IMG/VR virus record: IMGVR_UViG_3300027907_000553
DNA: 64,000 bases
Strand: one strand, 5' to 3'
Origin: an uncultured virus (IMG/VR IMGVR_UViG_3300027907_000553)
Lineage: Duplodnaviria > Heunggongvirae > Uroviricota > Caudoviricetes
Position 1 is the first letter of the stretch. Each line of letters opens with the position of its first letter. Under the pieces are notes generated by a model. That model was not told the origin of the DNA. It worked only from the letters and a program-made list of their open reading frames with translations, and ran no database searches. A program made the position numbers and the translations under genes. Positions 27,599 through 37,694 of the stretch are shown one piece after another.

Positions 27599-27751
27599 CT
27601 AGGAGCAGGACGAGCTGGCGCTGTTCGTTTGGGACAGCGTGATCGTCTGCGAGAGGCTGCCCGGTCCGCTCAGGCTTTGGGAATACGACACGGACGTGGA
27701 CTGGGAATAGGATACCACGGCACCGGCCTTCACGTTGGTCTGCACTTTCAT
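27599..27751 (-). CDS. 50-aa Ser-rich peptide
   Basis: Hand translation: MKVQTNVKAGAVVSYSQSTSVSYSQSLSGPGSLSQTITLSQTNSASSSCS; GGAGGT SD. Confidence 0.7.
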   Translation of the reverse strand: MKVQTNVKAGAVVSYSQSTSVSYSQSLSGPGSLSQTITLSQTNSASSSCS

Positions 27752-28030
27752 AGAACCTCCTGGCGCGGCCCTTCAAGCCGCACAGCGCTCGTGAGAAGTA
27801 TGGTCCACCGTGTCAGGACGCCCCTGACACGGGCTGTTCCAAGTGTAGCAGATAGGTGCCGTATTTTCCTATACGTAAATAAATCTTTTCCTTTTGTACA
27901 ATTTTGCTGCACATATTTTTCTTTTGTAGAAATCACGCAAAAGGTGTATGCTTGCCACGAACCGCGGGGAACGCTCGTCTGTACCCTTTTCCCCGGCGCT
28001 GTGCCCCTACCCCTGAGAGATACGAGGACG

Positions 28031-28429
28031 ATGGCCGATCCAGAGGCAGGAGACGTGCCCGATGCCATTGCACGGCGCCTCGATGCCATGCGTGAGGAGA
28101 AAGGCTGGTCGCTCTCCGAGTTGGCCCACCGTTCGGGCGTCAAGCTCGGCGTCCTGTCCGCGCTCCACCGAGGGCGGCGCAAGGGCAGCCATATGAAGCT
28201 CGGGGTGGCTGAGCAACTCTGTCACGCGCTTGGGAAACAGGTCGGGCGCGATCTCCTTTTGGAAGAGCAGATCCCCTGGCCACTGCCAGACGGGGTGGAC
28301 CTCGGGCAGATGTCGCAGCGGGAAAAAGAAGATCTCATTATTCAGTTAGCGGCAGAGTTCTTGCGCCGGGGCTTCCAAATTCCCCCCGTGCAAACACCAA
28401 GGAGCAACGATGGCCGAGAAATCCCCTGA
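28031..28429 (+). CDS. XRE-family HTH regulator
   Basis: RLDAMREEKGWSLSELAHRSGVKLGVLSALHRG. Confidence 0.85.
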   Translation: MADPEAGDVPDAIARRLDAMREEKGWSLSELAHRSGVKLGVLSALHRGRRKGSHMKLGVAEQLCHALGKQVGRDLLLEEQIPWPLPDGVDLGQMSQREKEDLIIQLAAEFLRRGFQIPPVQTPRSNDGREIP

Positions 28430-28649
28430 GAATCGCTGGCTGCGCGACTCCCTGCCGGTGCCCGACGAGGCCGTGGCGTGGGAGGAGGAGGTCGAGGCGA
28501 TGACCGAAGAGGAATTTTTTAAATACCTGGACGAGCACGAGGGTGGCCTCGCCTTTGGGGCCTAACACTCGGTAGCGTTCGCCGCGTGGGATGCCCTCGA
28601 TAAGCTGCCCACGCGGCACGTAGCACACAGCCTCGGAGAAAGGTGTGTT

Positions 28650-29471
28650 GTGGTAAGCATACCAGATCTATCCTCTACGCATGCAACTCCTGTGACAACG
28701 CCCCGCGCTGTTGAACCCACCGTGCTCCAGCCCGAGGCGCGTTCGGCGCATCCCGACCTGATGCTGCTGCTGGCTATGGAGCATCTGCAACAGGAGCAGC
28801 AACGCCTCGAAACCGAGGTGCAACAGCTTGTCCCGCTTCTTGAGCAAATCATTACCCTGCTCACGCCACGCCAAGAGCCTCCGCCGCCGCCCATCGCCTC
28901 CTATGCACGTTTGTATGCTGACGAGGACCTGCCTGACGTGGTCCCCCAGGTTGCCGCCGCCCCGCCGCCGCCGCCACGAAGGATCTGGCGCCGCGTCGTC
29001 GCCTCGCGCAGTAGCCGGGTCTTCGCTGCCCTCGCGGTGCTCGCCGTGGGCGCGCTTCCCTGGGTGCGGGTGAATGTCACGTCCAGTGCGCCTCGTGGCC
29101 TCTGGCGCCTGCTGGCTGTACCGGCAGTGGTGGAGAAAGGTATGTGGGTGACTATGCCCGCGCCCGCGAGTGTGAAAACCTGGGCGCCGCACTGGTCACC
29201 CCTGCTCAAGCCGGTAGCCGCGGTGGCTGGGGAACAGGTCTGTGTCGCCAAGGACACGCTCTTGATTCGGGGAGAGTCCTATGGCCGTGTCTTCACGCAG
29301 GATGCCGAGGGACAGCCGCTCCCACGGCTGCGGGAGGGCTGTATGGTGGTGCAGCCTGGCACAGTGTTCCTGGCCAGTGCTGGACATCAGAGTCTCGATA
29401 GTCGGTATTTTGGGAGTGTGCCGGTGGCGGCGCTGTCGTCGCGGGCGCTCCCGCTTCTCACGTGGAGGTAA
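28650..29471 (+). CDS. traF: TraF-like S26 pilin-processing peptidase with N-terminal extension
   Basis: NVTSSAPRGLW, LLKPVAAVAGEQVC, SLDSRYFG. Confidence 0.85.
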   Translation: MVSIPDLSSTHATPVTTPRAVEPTVLQPEARSAHPDLMLLLAMEHLQQEQQRLETEVQQLVPLLEQIITLLTPRQEPPPPPIASYARLYADEDLPDVVPQVAAAPPPPPRRIWRRVVASRSSRVFAALAVLAVGALPWVRVNVTSSAPRGLWRLLAVPAVVEKGMWVTMPAPASVKTWAPHWSPLLKPVAAVAGEQVCVAKDTLLIRGESYGRVFTQDAEGQPLPRLREGCMVVQPGTVFLASAGHQSLDSRYFGSVPVAALSSRALPLLTWR

Positions 29472-29682
29472 GGCACGGGTGAGACAGTTCTTGTACGACT
29501 GCCTCGATAAGCCGCTGGGGTGGTCCTTCTATGTGATAGAGCTCCTCGGTTTTCTCCTCGTCACGCTCTATTTCTATGGCGTGAATCCCTCGCACATGGT
29601 GGCGGAGATGGTGCGGGGGCTCTTGGTGTTTGGAGTGGTGTGTACTGGTCGTCGCCTGCTCGTCGGGCACTGGAGGTAACTC

Positions 29683-30033
29683 ATGGATACGTTGCAGCAG
29701 CTTCGGGATCGTCTTGCCAACTTGTATCGCACCGCCCTCGGCCGGGATCCTGTGCCGGGGCAACGCCAGGAATCGTCCTTGGTGAACGGGGTCCTGCGGC
29801 AAACGCTGGATCCTGACCAGGGACTGGCACAGCAGCGCCTGACGGCGCCTGAGAGGACAGGCCAGCAGTCCTCGCTCTCACGGCAGGCGTTTGACCAGTT
29901 GGGGCAGCGGAGTACGCCCGCTCCGTCGGCCCAGAAGTTTCTGGACCAGATTGATGCGCTCCAACAACGCCTGGCTGCCGCCCGGCAGGCGGATCAGGCG
30001 CAGCAGCGCCAGGGGTGGGAGCGTGGACGTTAG
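29683..30033 (+). CDS. Hypothetical Gln-rich protein
   Basis: GGAGGT SD; C-terminal QQRQGWER. Confidence 0.55.
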   Translation: MDTLQQLRDRLANLYRTALGRDPVPGQRQESSLVNGVLRQTLDPDQGLAQQRLTAPERTGQQSSLSRQAFDQLGQRSTPAPSAQKFLDQIDALQQRLAAARQADQAQQRQGWERGR

Positions 30034-30055
30034 GGACGATCGGTAGGGATCTCCA

Positions 30056-31570
30056 ATGACTGCTGTTGAAATGATCTTCCAACTGGGTCTGTGGACCAAG
30101 ACGCATCCCCAGCTGCTTTTTGGGGGGATGGGGAGCATGCTGGCCCTGATGGCCGGCGCCGGGATGTTGGGGCGTGCCAAACGGCACAAACAGATTACCC
30201 AGGGCAGCGCCAGGTGGGCCACGTTTCGAGAGATACGGGACGCAGGGTTGCTCGCGCCCCAGGGCGTGGTGGTTGGGCGCTTAGGGCGACGGCTCCTCTG
30301 TGACGATAGTGAGACGCACGACTTACTGCTGGCGCCGACGCGCAGCTGGAAAGGCATTGGCCCCATTCTCTGCACGCTCCTCGGCGGATGGCTCTCCTCA
30401 GTCCTGGTGTACGATCCTGCCGATGGGGAGAATGCCAACGCCTCGGCACGGTGGCGAGCCTCGTTAGGCCATCGGGTTGAACAATTTACGCCGAAGCGCT
30501 CGCCCCAGGCCTGCATCAATGTGTGTGACCTCATTCGCGTGGGAACGCCGCACGAGTTTGATGATGCCTGGGCGATTGCGGAGAGCCTCCAGCCGCAGGA
30601 CCAGCAGGTGCGCCACAGTGACACCGGCGTCCATTTTCGGGACCTGGTGTTGATGCTCCTCACCGCCGCGCAACTGCACATGGCCTACGCGGAACCGCCG
30701 GGCTCACTCGGCAAACTGCTGTGGCTCCTCATGCAGAAGTACCGCACGCTCCCGGCCTTTGTGCAGGAGATGACGCGCCACAACCACACGGGTATCGGCG
30801 TCCACCAGGCCATTCATATGCTGGCGACGGGGATTCAGAACATTACCAACGAGCGCGAGCTCTCGGGCGTGTGGACGACCGCGATCCGTCCCTTACTCCC
30901 CTATATGGATTACACGATTCAGCGCAGCACGGATCGCTCGACCATCGCCCTGCGCGATTTGCAGCATGGTCCCGCGCCGCTCTCGCTCTACCTGGTCGCC
31001 CCCAGCACCACGGATTTGACGCGCCTGGCCCCGGTCTACCGCGTCATTTCCGATATGGCCATGCGGGAGTTGGAGCAGATGCCGCCGCGGAGCGCTCGGC
31101 ATCGCCTGCTGGTCATTGCGGATGAGGCCCCGGCCTATGGCTATAGCCGCTTTCTCGATAAAGGGAGTGCTGAGGTGGCCAAGTTTCGCATCAAGCTCCT
31201 TCTTGTGGCGCAAGATATCCCGCAGTTGGATGCCACGTTTGGGCGGGACAATAGCGTCTGGGGGAACACCTCCACCAAGATTTTCTTTGCTCCGGATAGT
31301 GATGTGACGGCCAAGCGCCTCAGTGAGCATTTTCTCGGCAAAGAGACCGTGGAGCAACCCGTCCTTTCGAAGCAGCCGGGTCTCGTCCAGCGGCCCTCGG
31401 TGTCGTATCAGCAAGTCGGGCGCGCGCTCATGACGCCCGATGAATTGCGGGCCATGCACCCGCGCGCTGCGATTGTCTACCGGACGGGGCTGCGGCCCAT
31501 TCTGTGTGGCAAGGTGAATTGTTTGACCGATCCAGACTATGCCGGCAGGCATACGGCGCCAGTCCCGTAG
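30056..31570 (+). CDS. virD4: Type IV coupling protein VirD4/TraG with variant Walker A
   Basis: GSARWAT..AGLL, APTRSWKGIG, LLVIADEAP, LVAQDIPQL, RALMTPDEL. Confidence 0.9.
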   Translation: MTAVEMIFQLGLWTKTHPQLLFGGMGSMLALMAGAGMLGRAKRHKQITQGSARWATFREIRDAGLLAPQGVVVGRLGRRLLCDDSETHDLLLAPTRSWKGIGPILCTLLGGWLSSVLVYDPADGENANASARWRASLGHRVEQFTPKRSPQACINVCDLIRVGTPHEFDDAWAIAESLQPQDQQVRHSDTGVHFRDLVLMLLTAAQLHMAYAEPPGSLGKLLWLLMQKYRTLPAFVQEMTRHNHTGIGVHQAIHMLATGIQNITNERELSGVWTTAIRPLLPYMDYTIQRSTDRSTIALRDLQHGPAPLSLYLVAPSTTDLTRLAPVYRVISDMAMRELEQMPPRSARHRLLVIADEAPAYGYSRFLDKGSAEVAKFRIKLLLVAQDIPQLDATFGRDNSVWGNTSTKIFFAPDSDVTAKRLSEHFLGKETVEQPVLSKQPGLVQRPSVSYQQVGRALMTPDELRAMHPRAAIVYRTGLRPILCGKVNCLTDPDYAGRHTAPVP

Positions 31571-31600
31571 GCTGGAGTGGAAGCAGGAAGGAGACGCACC

Positions 31601-31927
31601 GTGGTGAGCAAGACTGAGCGGAACACGACGGTTGGGGTGGTGGTGATGATAGGCGGACTCCTGGTGGTCCGCCAGGCCGCAGCCTTTTCCCTGGGGATTG
31701 CCCTCGATGGGTTTCTCGGGGATCTCGAAACGGCGCTGGTGTCCCTGGGCCTCATCGCCTTTTTGGCGGGCGGGATTGGCACGATTGTGGCGATGACCGA
31801 GAATGCCTACGCGCAATTCTTGAGTGGGTATCTCTCGCTCTTCGTCAAGGGCGGTATTTTAGGGGGGCTCTCCACGATTGGCGGGGCGTTGGGCCTCGTG
31901 AGTGGCGCCATCCTGCTAGGAGTGTAG
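31601..31927 (+). CDS. Pilin, VirB2/TrbC-like
   Basis: Small hydrophobic protein directly before VirB3 and VirB4. Confidence 0.6.
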   Translation: MVSKTERNTTVGVVVMIGGLLVVRQAAAFSLGIALDGFLGDLETALVSLGLIAFLAGGIGTIVAMTENAYAQFLSGYLSLFVKGGILGGLSTIGGALGLVSGAILLGV

Positions 31928-31928
31928 C

Positions 31929-32225
31929 ATGGCCGAACGGTGGGGGACGCTGGGCTATGAAGCCCCGATTCGCCTAGGCACCTGGCAGCGCCTGCTGAGT
32001 CTCGGGGCGCCACGCATGTACTCCTACACCTGGCTCATTGCCTGTATCTGGGTGGGCCTGGTCACCTGGATGAAGCTGGGCATGCGCTGGGCGGCGGCGA
32101 TCGGGGTGGTCTGGCTCAGCGTCCAACTCCTCTTGATTGGCCTCACGTACTGGAATGTGAATTGGGATAGTGCGTTGCTGGCCCGCTGGCGCCGTAAATA
32201 TCAACCGTACTATAGGGCAGGATAA
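31929..32225 (+). CDS. VirB3/TrbD-like protein
   Basis: GYEAPI..LSLGAPR, two TM segments, precedes VirB4. Confidence 0.7.
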   Translation: MAERWGTLGYEAPIRLGTWQRLLSLGAPRMYSYTWLIACIWVGLVTWMKLGMRWAAAIGVVWLSVQLLLIGLTYWNVNWDSALLARWRRKYQPYYRAG

Positions 32226-32227
32226 GC

Positions 32228-34855
32228 ATGGCGGTTTATACCGAATACCACCCGCAGCCCCGCAAAAAACCTGCCGTGGTCAGTGATATGCTGCCCTGGC
32301 GCGCGATGGTGGCCCCCAACGTGGTGCTCCAGAAAGACAAGGGCCTCCAACGCTCCTATGCCGTGCGAGGCACCGATGTGACGGGCCTTACCCCCGAAGA
32401 ACTGGGCACACAAGCCCTGCGGGCCAATGATGTCCTCAAAAAGTTTGGCGGGCAGTGGATGATCCATAGTGAAGCCCAGCGCCGACGCGTGACCGCCATC
32501 CCCCAGGCAGATTGGCAGGGCTATGCGGTGGCCGCGTGGATGGATGCCTGTCGCCGCCACCAACTCCTCGAAGATCCCGGTAGCTACGAAACGCAGTATT
32601 TTATGACGCCGACCTATCGCCCGCCGCCCGAAGCCGCCGTACAGGGTCTGCGCTGGTTCCTCTATGGCCCCGGTGCCCAACGCCAGACGGCAGAGGAGGC
32701 GCGGCAGCGCACCGAACAGGAGTTTGTGACGCAAGTCGATTACTTTATGGGGCTCCTTAGTGGCATGCTGGCCGAGTGTCGCGTGCTGACGCCAGCGGAG
32801 ACATTTACCTATCTCCATTCCACGATTTCGGATCAGTGGCACCCAGTGGGCACGCTGGCCTACTGGAACGGCATTGATAGCCAGCTCGGCACCTCGCCCT
32901 GGTACGGGGAGCATTACCCAAGCCTGGGAGGGCGGCCGGACGATCCGCAGTCCTGGAAAGTGCGGCTCTGCTCCATTATGGGCTATCCGCACAGCTCGGT
33001 CGTAGGGGTCATGCAGGCGCTCGACGTGGCGCAAGTGGAGTATCGCTGGGTGGTGCGCTGGCTGGGGATGCATCGCCAGTTGCAAGAAGGGATTTTGCGC
33101 CGGCGTCACCATGCCTGGGTGGGTCAGGAAAAAACGATGGCGCAGCGGGCGGCGGAACAGCTTGGCGGGGATGCGGCCCGCGTGACGGATAGCTCGGCCT
33201 TAAACAAAGCCGCCGAACTCGATGCGGCCCGGCAAGAAACCGGGCATGACCTGGTGGCCTACGGCGATTTTACCACGGTCATTATGGTCTGGGACCGCGA
33301 TCCTGCGGAAGCCGATATGAAGCTGCAAATCGTGCGCCAGGCCCTGCAAGATCGCGGCTTTACCACGGCGGTCGAAACCGATGAGAGTACGCCGGCCTGG
33401 TTTGCCACCCATCCGGGGAACCGTCTCGATCATGTCGCCCGCACGCCGCAATCCTCGCTCACGCTCGAACACCTCTGTCCGGGCCTCAATGCCGCCTGGC
33501 GTGGCCCAGAGCGTGACGCGTATCTGGACGGCTTGCCGTGGCTCTATGCCGTCAGTCGGGGGAATACGCTCATTAGGATCGTCAATCATATTCGTGACCT
33601 GGGACACTTCTTGGTGCTGGGCGCTACCCGTGCTGGTAAGTCGACGCTCCTCAACCTGTTACGCGCGGCCTGGATGCAGTACCGCCACGCGCAGGCCGTG
33701 CTCTTCGATCTGGATGGGCACGGCCGGCTGCTCACCCATCTCTTGGGCGGCGCGTGGCATGATCTGGGGGCGCCTGGCGTGCAGTATGCGCCGTTTCAGG
33801 GCCTGGAGGACCCGGAGCACCTGGGCCTGGTGCAAGAGTGGCTCCTGGACCTCTTGCTCGATTACGGCATTGAGCGCGATGCCATGGTGGTGAGTCATCT
33901 GGGGCGCGGCCTGGCCGCCTTGCGAGAGCAGCCGGCGGCACAACGCACCATGAGTACGCTCCTGAGTCTCCTGGTGGCGGCGGGGGAATCTGCCACGCAG
34001 CGGGCGAGGACAGGCAGTCGGGATATTCACGGCATTGCGCACCCGGATCAAACGCTCATGACCCTGGTCAATACCCGGCATGCCATCCACCGCACGCTCG
34101 AACAATTTACGCACCGTGGTGTGTATCAAGGGCTGTTTGATGCGGCGACGGACGACCTGACGGGCCATCCAGTCCAGACCTTTGAGATGGCGCAGCTGCT
34201 TCATCGTCCCTCGATCCTGGCCCCGGTCCTGCGCTACATCCTCAATCTCCATGTGGAGCCGCAGATGAGTACGGCGGCACCTATGTTCCTGGCGATGGAC
34301 GATGCGGCGGTCTCGTGGATGGCCGACTCGATGACGCAGGAAGTAACGGGCATGGCGGGAGTCCGGCGCGAAGAAAAAGTCCAGACCTACCTCCAAACCA
34401 AGGCCAAAAAAGCCGTGAGCCTGGGCTTTTCCACCCACAGCCTCATTAAAGTGTTTGGCGGGCCGCTGGGGACGCTCCTTCAGGAAGCGTGTCCGAGTCG
34501 ATTCATGCTGCCGAACGGGGCGGCACTGGAGCCGGACATCTATGCCGTCTATCAGCGTCTTGGGCTGACGGATCCGGCGATTCAGTTAGTCGCCCGCGCG
34601 CAACCCCAACGGGATGTCTTTTTTGTCCAGCGCGAGCTCGGGCAGCAGCTCGTGAGCATTCCGCTGCCGAAGCCGGTACTGGATTGTGTCGCAAGGAATA
34701 GCGCGGCGGACCATGCGCTGATCGATCGTCTCCTCGCTACGGAAGGTCCAGAGGGTTTTCCTCACGCGTGGTTTCGCGCCTGCGGGCAGCACGAGGCGGC
34801 AACGTTTGTCGAAAGGTATCACGATGACGCGAAGCGCATGGCTCCAATTACCTGA
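32228..34855 (+). CDS. virB4: VirB4/TrbE ATPase
   Basis: DMLPWRAMVAPNVVLQKDKGLQR; LGHFLVLGATRAGKSTLL; CPSRFMLPN. Confidence 0.93.
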   Translation: MAVYTEYHPQPRKKPAVVSDMLPWRAMVAPNVVLQKDKGLQRSYAVRGTDVTGLTPEELGTQALRANDVLKKFGGQWMIHSEAQRRRVTAIPQADWQGYAVAAWMDACRRHQLLEDPGSYETQYFMTPTYRPPPEAAVQGLRWFLYGPGAQRQTAEEARQRTEQEFVTQVDYFMGLLSGMLAECRVLTPAETFTYLHSTISDQWHPVGTLAYWNGIDSQLGTSPWYGEHYPSLGGRPDDPQSWKVRLCSIMGYPHSSVVGVMQALDVAQVEYRWVVRWLGMHRQLQEGILRRRHHAWVGQEKTMAQRAAEQLGGDAARVTDSSALNKAAELDAARQETGHDLVAYGDFTTVIMVWDRDPAEADMKLQIVRQALQDRGFTTAVETDESTPAWFATHPGNRLDHVARTPQSSLTLEHLCPGLNAAWRGPERDAYLDGLPWLYAVSRGNTLIRIVNHIRDLGHFLVLGATRAGKSTLLNLLRAAWMQYRHAQAVLFDLDGHGRLLTHLLGGAWHDLGAPGVQYAPFQGLEDPEHLGLVQEWLLDLLLDYGIERDAMVVSHLGRGLAALREQPAAQRTMSTLLSLLVAAGESATQRARTGSRDIHGIAHPDQTLMTLVNTRHAIHRTLEQFTHRGVYQGLFDAATDDLTGHPVQTFEMAQLLHRPSILAPVLRYILNLHVEPQMSTAAPMFLAMDDAAVSWMADSMTQEVTGMAGVRREEKVQTYLQTKAKKAVSLGFSTHSLIKVFGGPLGTLLQEACPSRFMLPNGAALEPDIYAVYQRLGLTDPAIQLVARAQPQRDVFFVQRELGQQLVSIPLPKPVLDCVARNSAADHALIDRLLATEGPEGFPHAWFRACGQHEAATFVERYHDDAKRMAPIT

Positions 34856-35077
34856 GCGTGAGCGGGCGGCGATCCGGCAGGCGAGTGCCGAGGCCAGCTT
34901 GCGCGATTTTGCCCCACGCCATGCGCGCCGCCGCAGTGAGTGGGAGCGCACCATGAGTATCTGGGAAGCTCGGGATGCCTACCGCGTCCAGAATGGTGTG
35001 CTCGGCGTCGGACTCGCGGCGCTGCTCGGTTTCGTGCTGATATGCGCGGGGATCTTTCTCCGCTAGAAAGGTGCCAT

Positions 35078-35284
35078 ATGAATCGCCATGTGCTGATGGG
35101 AAGTTTCTGGGTTGCGGGCACGCTCCTCCTCATGCTGGTAGGGGTGGTACTCCTCGCGTTCACGCTGAGCGGCTGTACGGACTTTGGCTACCGGATGAAC
35201 GAACTCCATGGTTTGAATTGCCGACCCGAGGCGCTCAAGGACGGGAAATGTGTGAGCACCAGTAGCAAGGAGGTCAAACAATGA
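35078..35284 (+). CDS. Small lipoprotein, possible entry-exclusion or VirB7-like
   Basis: Lipobox LSGC, next to trbJ. Confidence 0.45.
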   Translation: MNRHVLMGSFWVAGTLLLMLVGVVLLAFTLSGCTDFGYRMNELHGLNCRPEALKDGKCVSTSSKEVKQ

Positions 35285-35979
35285 ACCGGCTTCGTCTCCT
35301 CCTGGCGCCTGTGATCCTCATGGCCCTGGCTCTGCCTGGTCACGCGCAAATCCTAGGGACCGGGGTAATGCCGGTGGTCGAGGTAGGGGCCAATTTGACC
35401 CAGTCCACAATAACCGCTATTCAGAGCGTTATTACGGCAGCTCAGACTACTTTAATTCAAGCCAACCAGATCCTAGATCTAACCCCGGTGAAGTCTCTGA
35501 CCGCTGCCGGAGGTATCGTCGAGGACATCGAACTCATGTGTAACATCCTCCAGGAGGCCGAGGCCATTCAAGCCGACGTGCAGAGCCTGGAGCACCAGAT
35601 TGCCGTCCTCCTGGACCTGGAGCAAGCGCCACGCACACGCGCGGAGCTCGATGCCCGTCTGGCGGAACTCAAGAAGATGAAGCAGCAAGCCATGACCTTC
35701 GCGTTTCGGAGCCAGACTCTCATTCGCACCCTTATTCGCACGGGCGATCACATGAAAGCCTTGTTTGCCGATGTCGAGCAACTCTTGGGCAACCTGTCGG
35801 GGCAACAACGGCTCGCGGAAGTGCAGCAAGTCCAGAATAAGACGTTGGCGGTACTGGCCGCACAAACGGCGGCCTGGCAACGGGCGGACGTGGTCGACCG
35901 CGCCACCGCGGATATGGTGCGAGAGAGCATGAGTCGCATTGGCGATCAACGCCTGGCCGATTGGCCCCGTTGGGAGTAA
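35281..35979 (+). CDS. VirB5/TrbJ-like protein
   Basis: Signal peptide, helical Gln-rich; ANLTQSTITA. Confidence 0.7.
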   Translation: MNRLRLLLAPVILMALALPGHAQILGTGVMPVVEVGANLTQSTITAIQSVITAAQTTLIQANQILDLTPVKSLTAAGGIVEDIELMCNILQEAEAIQADVQSLEHQIAVLLDLEQAPRTRAELDARLAELKKMKQQAMTFAFRSQTLIRTLIRTGDHMKALFADVEQLLGNLSGQQRLAEVQQVQNKTLAVLAAQTAAWQRADVVDRATADMVRESMSRIGDQRLADWPRWE

Positions 35980-35982
35980 CGC

Positions 35983-36915
35983 ATGGAAGCCCTGATCAAT
36001 CTCCTGGCGGGCGCTTATCTCAGCGCGCTCGAAGCAGGTGCGCGTGCGCTGGCACAGTACGCCATTCCTATTCTCAGCGTCGCCGCCCTGATCCAACTCT
36101 ACCGGGAATGGTGGCCCGTCATGCTGAGCGGCGGCAGCCAGTTGGGCGACGCCCTCGGGCATCTGCTCTTTCTGGCGGTGACCACGGGCTTTTATATGTG
36201 GGTGCTGGTGCACCTCTGGGACATGGGACAGGCGGCCTTTGACACGTTTGCCACCTGGGGCATGCTCGGGGGCGGCAATGGGCTCAGTAGTGAGCAACTC
36301 CGCAACCCCGGCTTTATTCTGGACATCGGGTTGCGCGTCGCCTTTCCCCTCGCTGAGCAAGCCACCTGGTATCAAAAAATCTGGCAGGGCTTGAGCCTGG
36401 CCTTTGCGCCCAGCGAATGGTTGCAGGTCCTAGCGATTACCCTCGCCTTTGCGGCCATTGCGGTCCATCACCTCTTTATGCTCGTGGAGTTTTACCTGGC
36501 CCTCATGTGCGGCCAGGTCCTCATTGGCTGGGGCATCTGGCGCACCACCACCCATTTTGCCGAGTTTAGCCTGGGGTGGATTACCGGGGCCCTCATTCGG
36601 GCGCTCGTGAGTTGTACGATGCTTGGCTTGTCCATCCCCCTCTTTGAGCAACTCCGCCTCCCTCCACCCGCGACGGGAGGGGTCTTCGATGTGATGACCT
36701 ATATCCAGACCGCCACCCCCGTGATCGGGAGCCTCATTTTTGCGGTCCTGGCCTGGGTGCTCCCCGCCAAGGCGGCGCGGCTGGCTGGAGGGGCTTCGCT
36801 GGGGCTCACAGGCTCGACGATTGCCTCGGCGGCCATGACGACCACCCGCTTTGTCCAGATGTCGACCGGGGTGGCTCGGGGCACCTCGGCCATGCTACGG
36901 CGCGTGGGCGCGTAA
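35983..36915 (+). CDS. VirB6/TrbL-like protein
   Basis: Multi-TM; LRNPGFILDIG, LVEFYL, WRTTTHFAE. Confidence 0.85.
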   Translation: MEALINLLAGAYLSALEAGARALAQYAIPILSVAALIQLYREWWPVMLSGGSQLGDALGHLLFLAVTTGFYMWVLVHLWDMGQAAFDTFATWGMLGGGNGLSSEQLRNPGFILDIGLRVAFPLAEQATWYQKIWQGLSLAFAPSEWLQVLAITLAFAAIAVHHLFMLVEFYLALMCGQVLIGWGIWRTTTHFAEFSLGWITGALIRALVSCTMLGLSIPLFEQLRLPPPATGGVFDVMTYIQTATPVIGSLIFAVLAWVLPAKAARLAGGASLGLTGSTIASAAMTTTRFVQMSTGVARGTSAMLRRVGA

Positions 36916-36925
36916 GGAGACGAGA

Positions 36926-37681
36926 ATGGCGACACGCACGGCGACAGACGTGGCCCCCACCATCGGCAGCAGCAACGGCCATGGCCTGCCAACCTTGCCG
37001 CCAGAGCTCGAAGCGTTTCCCGCCATGATCGAGGCGGTCATCAAGCAGACGAAAGCCGACCTCGATGCCCGCGATGCCTCGGCCGAACAGCACGCCTGGC
37101 TCTGGCATCGCTTTGCCCTCTGGCTGGGGGGGCTCCTCTGTGGGGCGCTCCTCATCGTCGCCTGGCTCGTCTATGAGCGGCGCGACGTGCAGGCCTTCGT
37201 CCAGGTGGTGCAGATGGACGAAGGCCGTCTCGTGCAGATTGGGGTTCCACAGAAGTTGCTCGACTATACCCCGCCTGATGCCCCGTACATGGACATGCTG
37301 GCCGAATGGCTGCGGCGGGTGTACTGGCGCGGCGACGACGTGGCCAAGGCGGAGTTGCATGATTGGCGCTGGGTGGAACTCCACACCTGCCCCAGTGCGC
37401 GCCCCTTTCTGGCGGGGCTCAAAACGAAGCAGAAGCCGGGCAAAAAGGTGACCACGCGGGTGCAGGTCAACATCACGAGCATCACGAAAACTCCAACACC
37501 CAAGAGTTATCAAGTGCTCTGGGAACAAGTGACCACAGGCACAGATGCCAAAGGCAAATCCGCACAATTTACCACCACCTTTACCGTGGGCCGCCTGGCC
37601 TTAAAGACACTGGCGGATGCCGAAGATAACCGTCTCGGGATTTGTGTTTCGTCGTTTGACACGGCGGAAAATGCGACGTAA
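36926..37681 (+). CDS. VirB8/TrbF-like protein
   Basis: TM segment then SYQVLWEQ..NRLGICV. Confidence 0.8.
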   Translation: MATRTATDVAPTIGSSNGHGLPTLPPELEAFPAMIEAVIKQTKADLDARDASAEQHAWLWHRFALWLGGLLCGALLIVAWLVYERRDVQAFVQVVQMDEGRLVQIGVPQKLLDYTPPDAPYMDMLAEWLRRVYWRGDDVAKAELHDWRWVELHTCPSARPFLAGLKTKQKPGKKVTTRVQVNITSITKTPTPKSYQVLWEQVTTGTDAKGKSAQFTTTFTVGRLALKTLADAEDNRLGICVSSFDTAENAT

Positions 37682-37694
37682 GGAGAGTGCTGGT

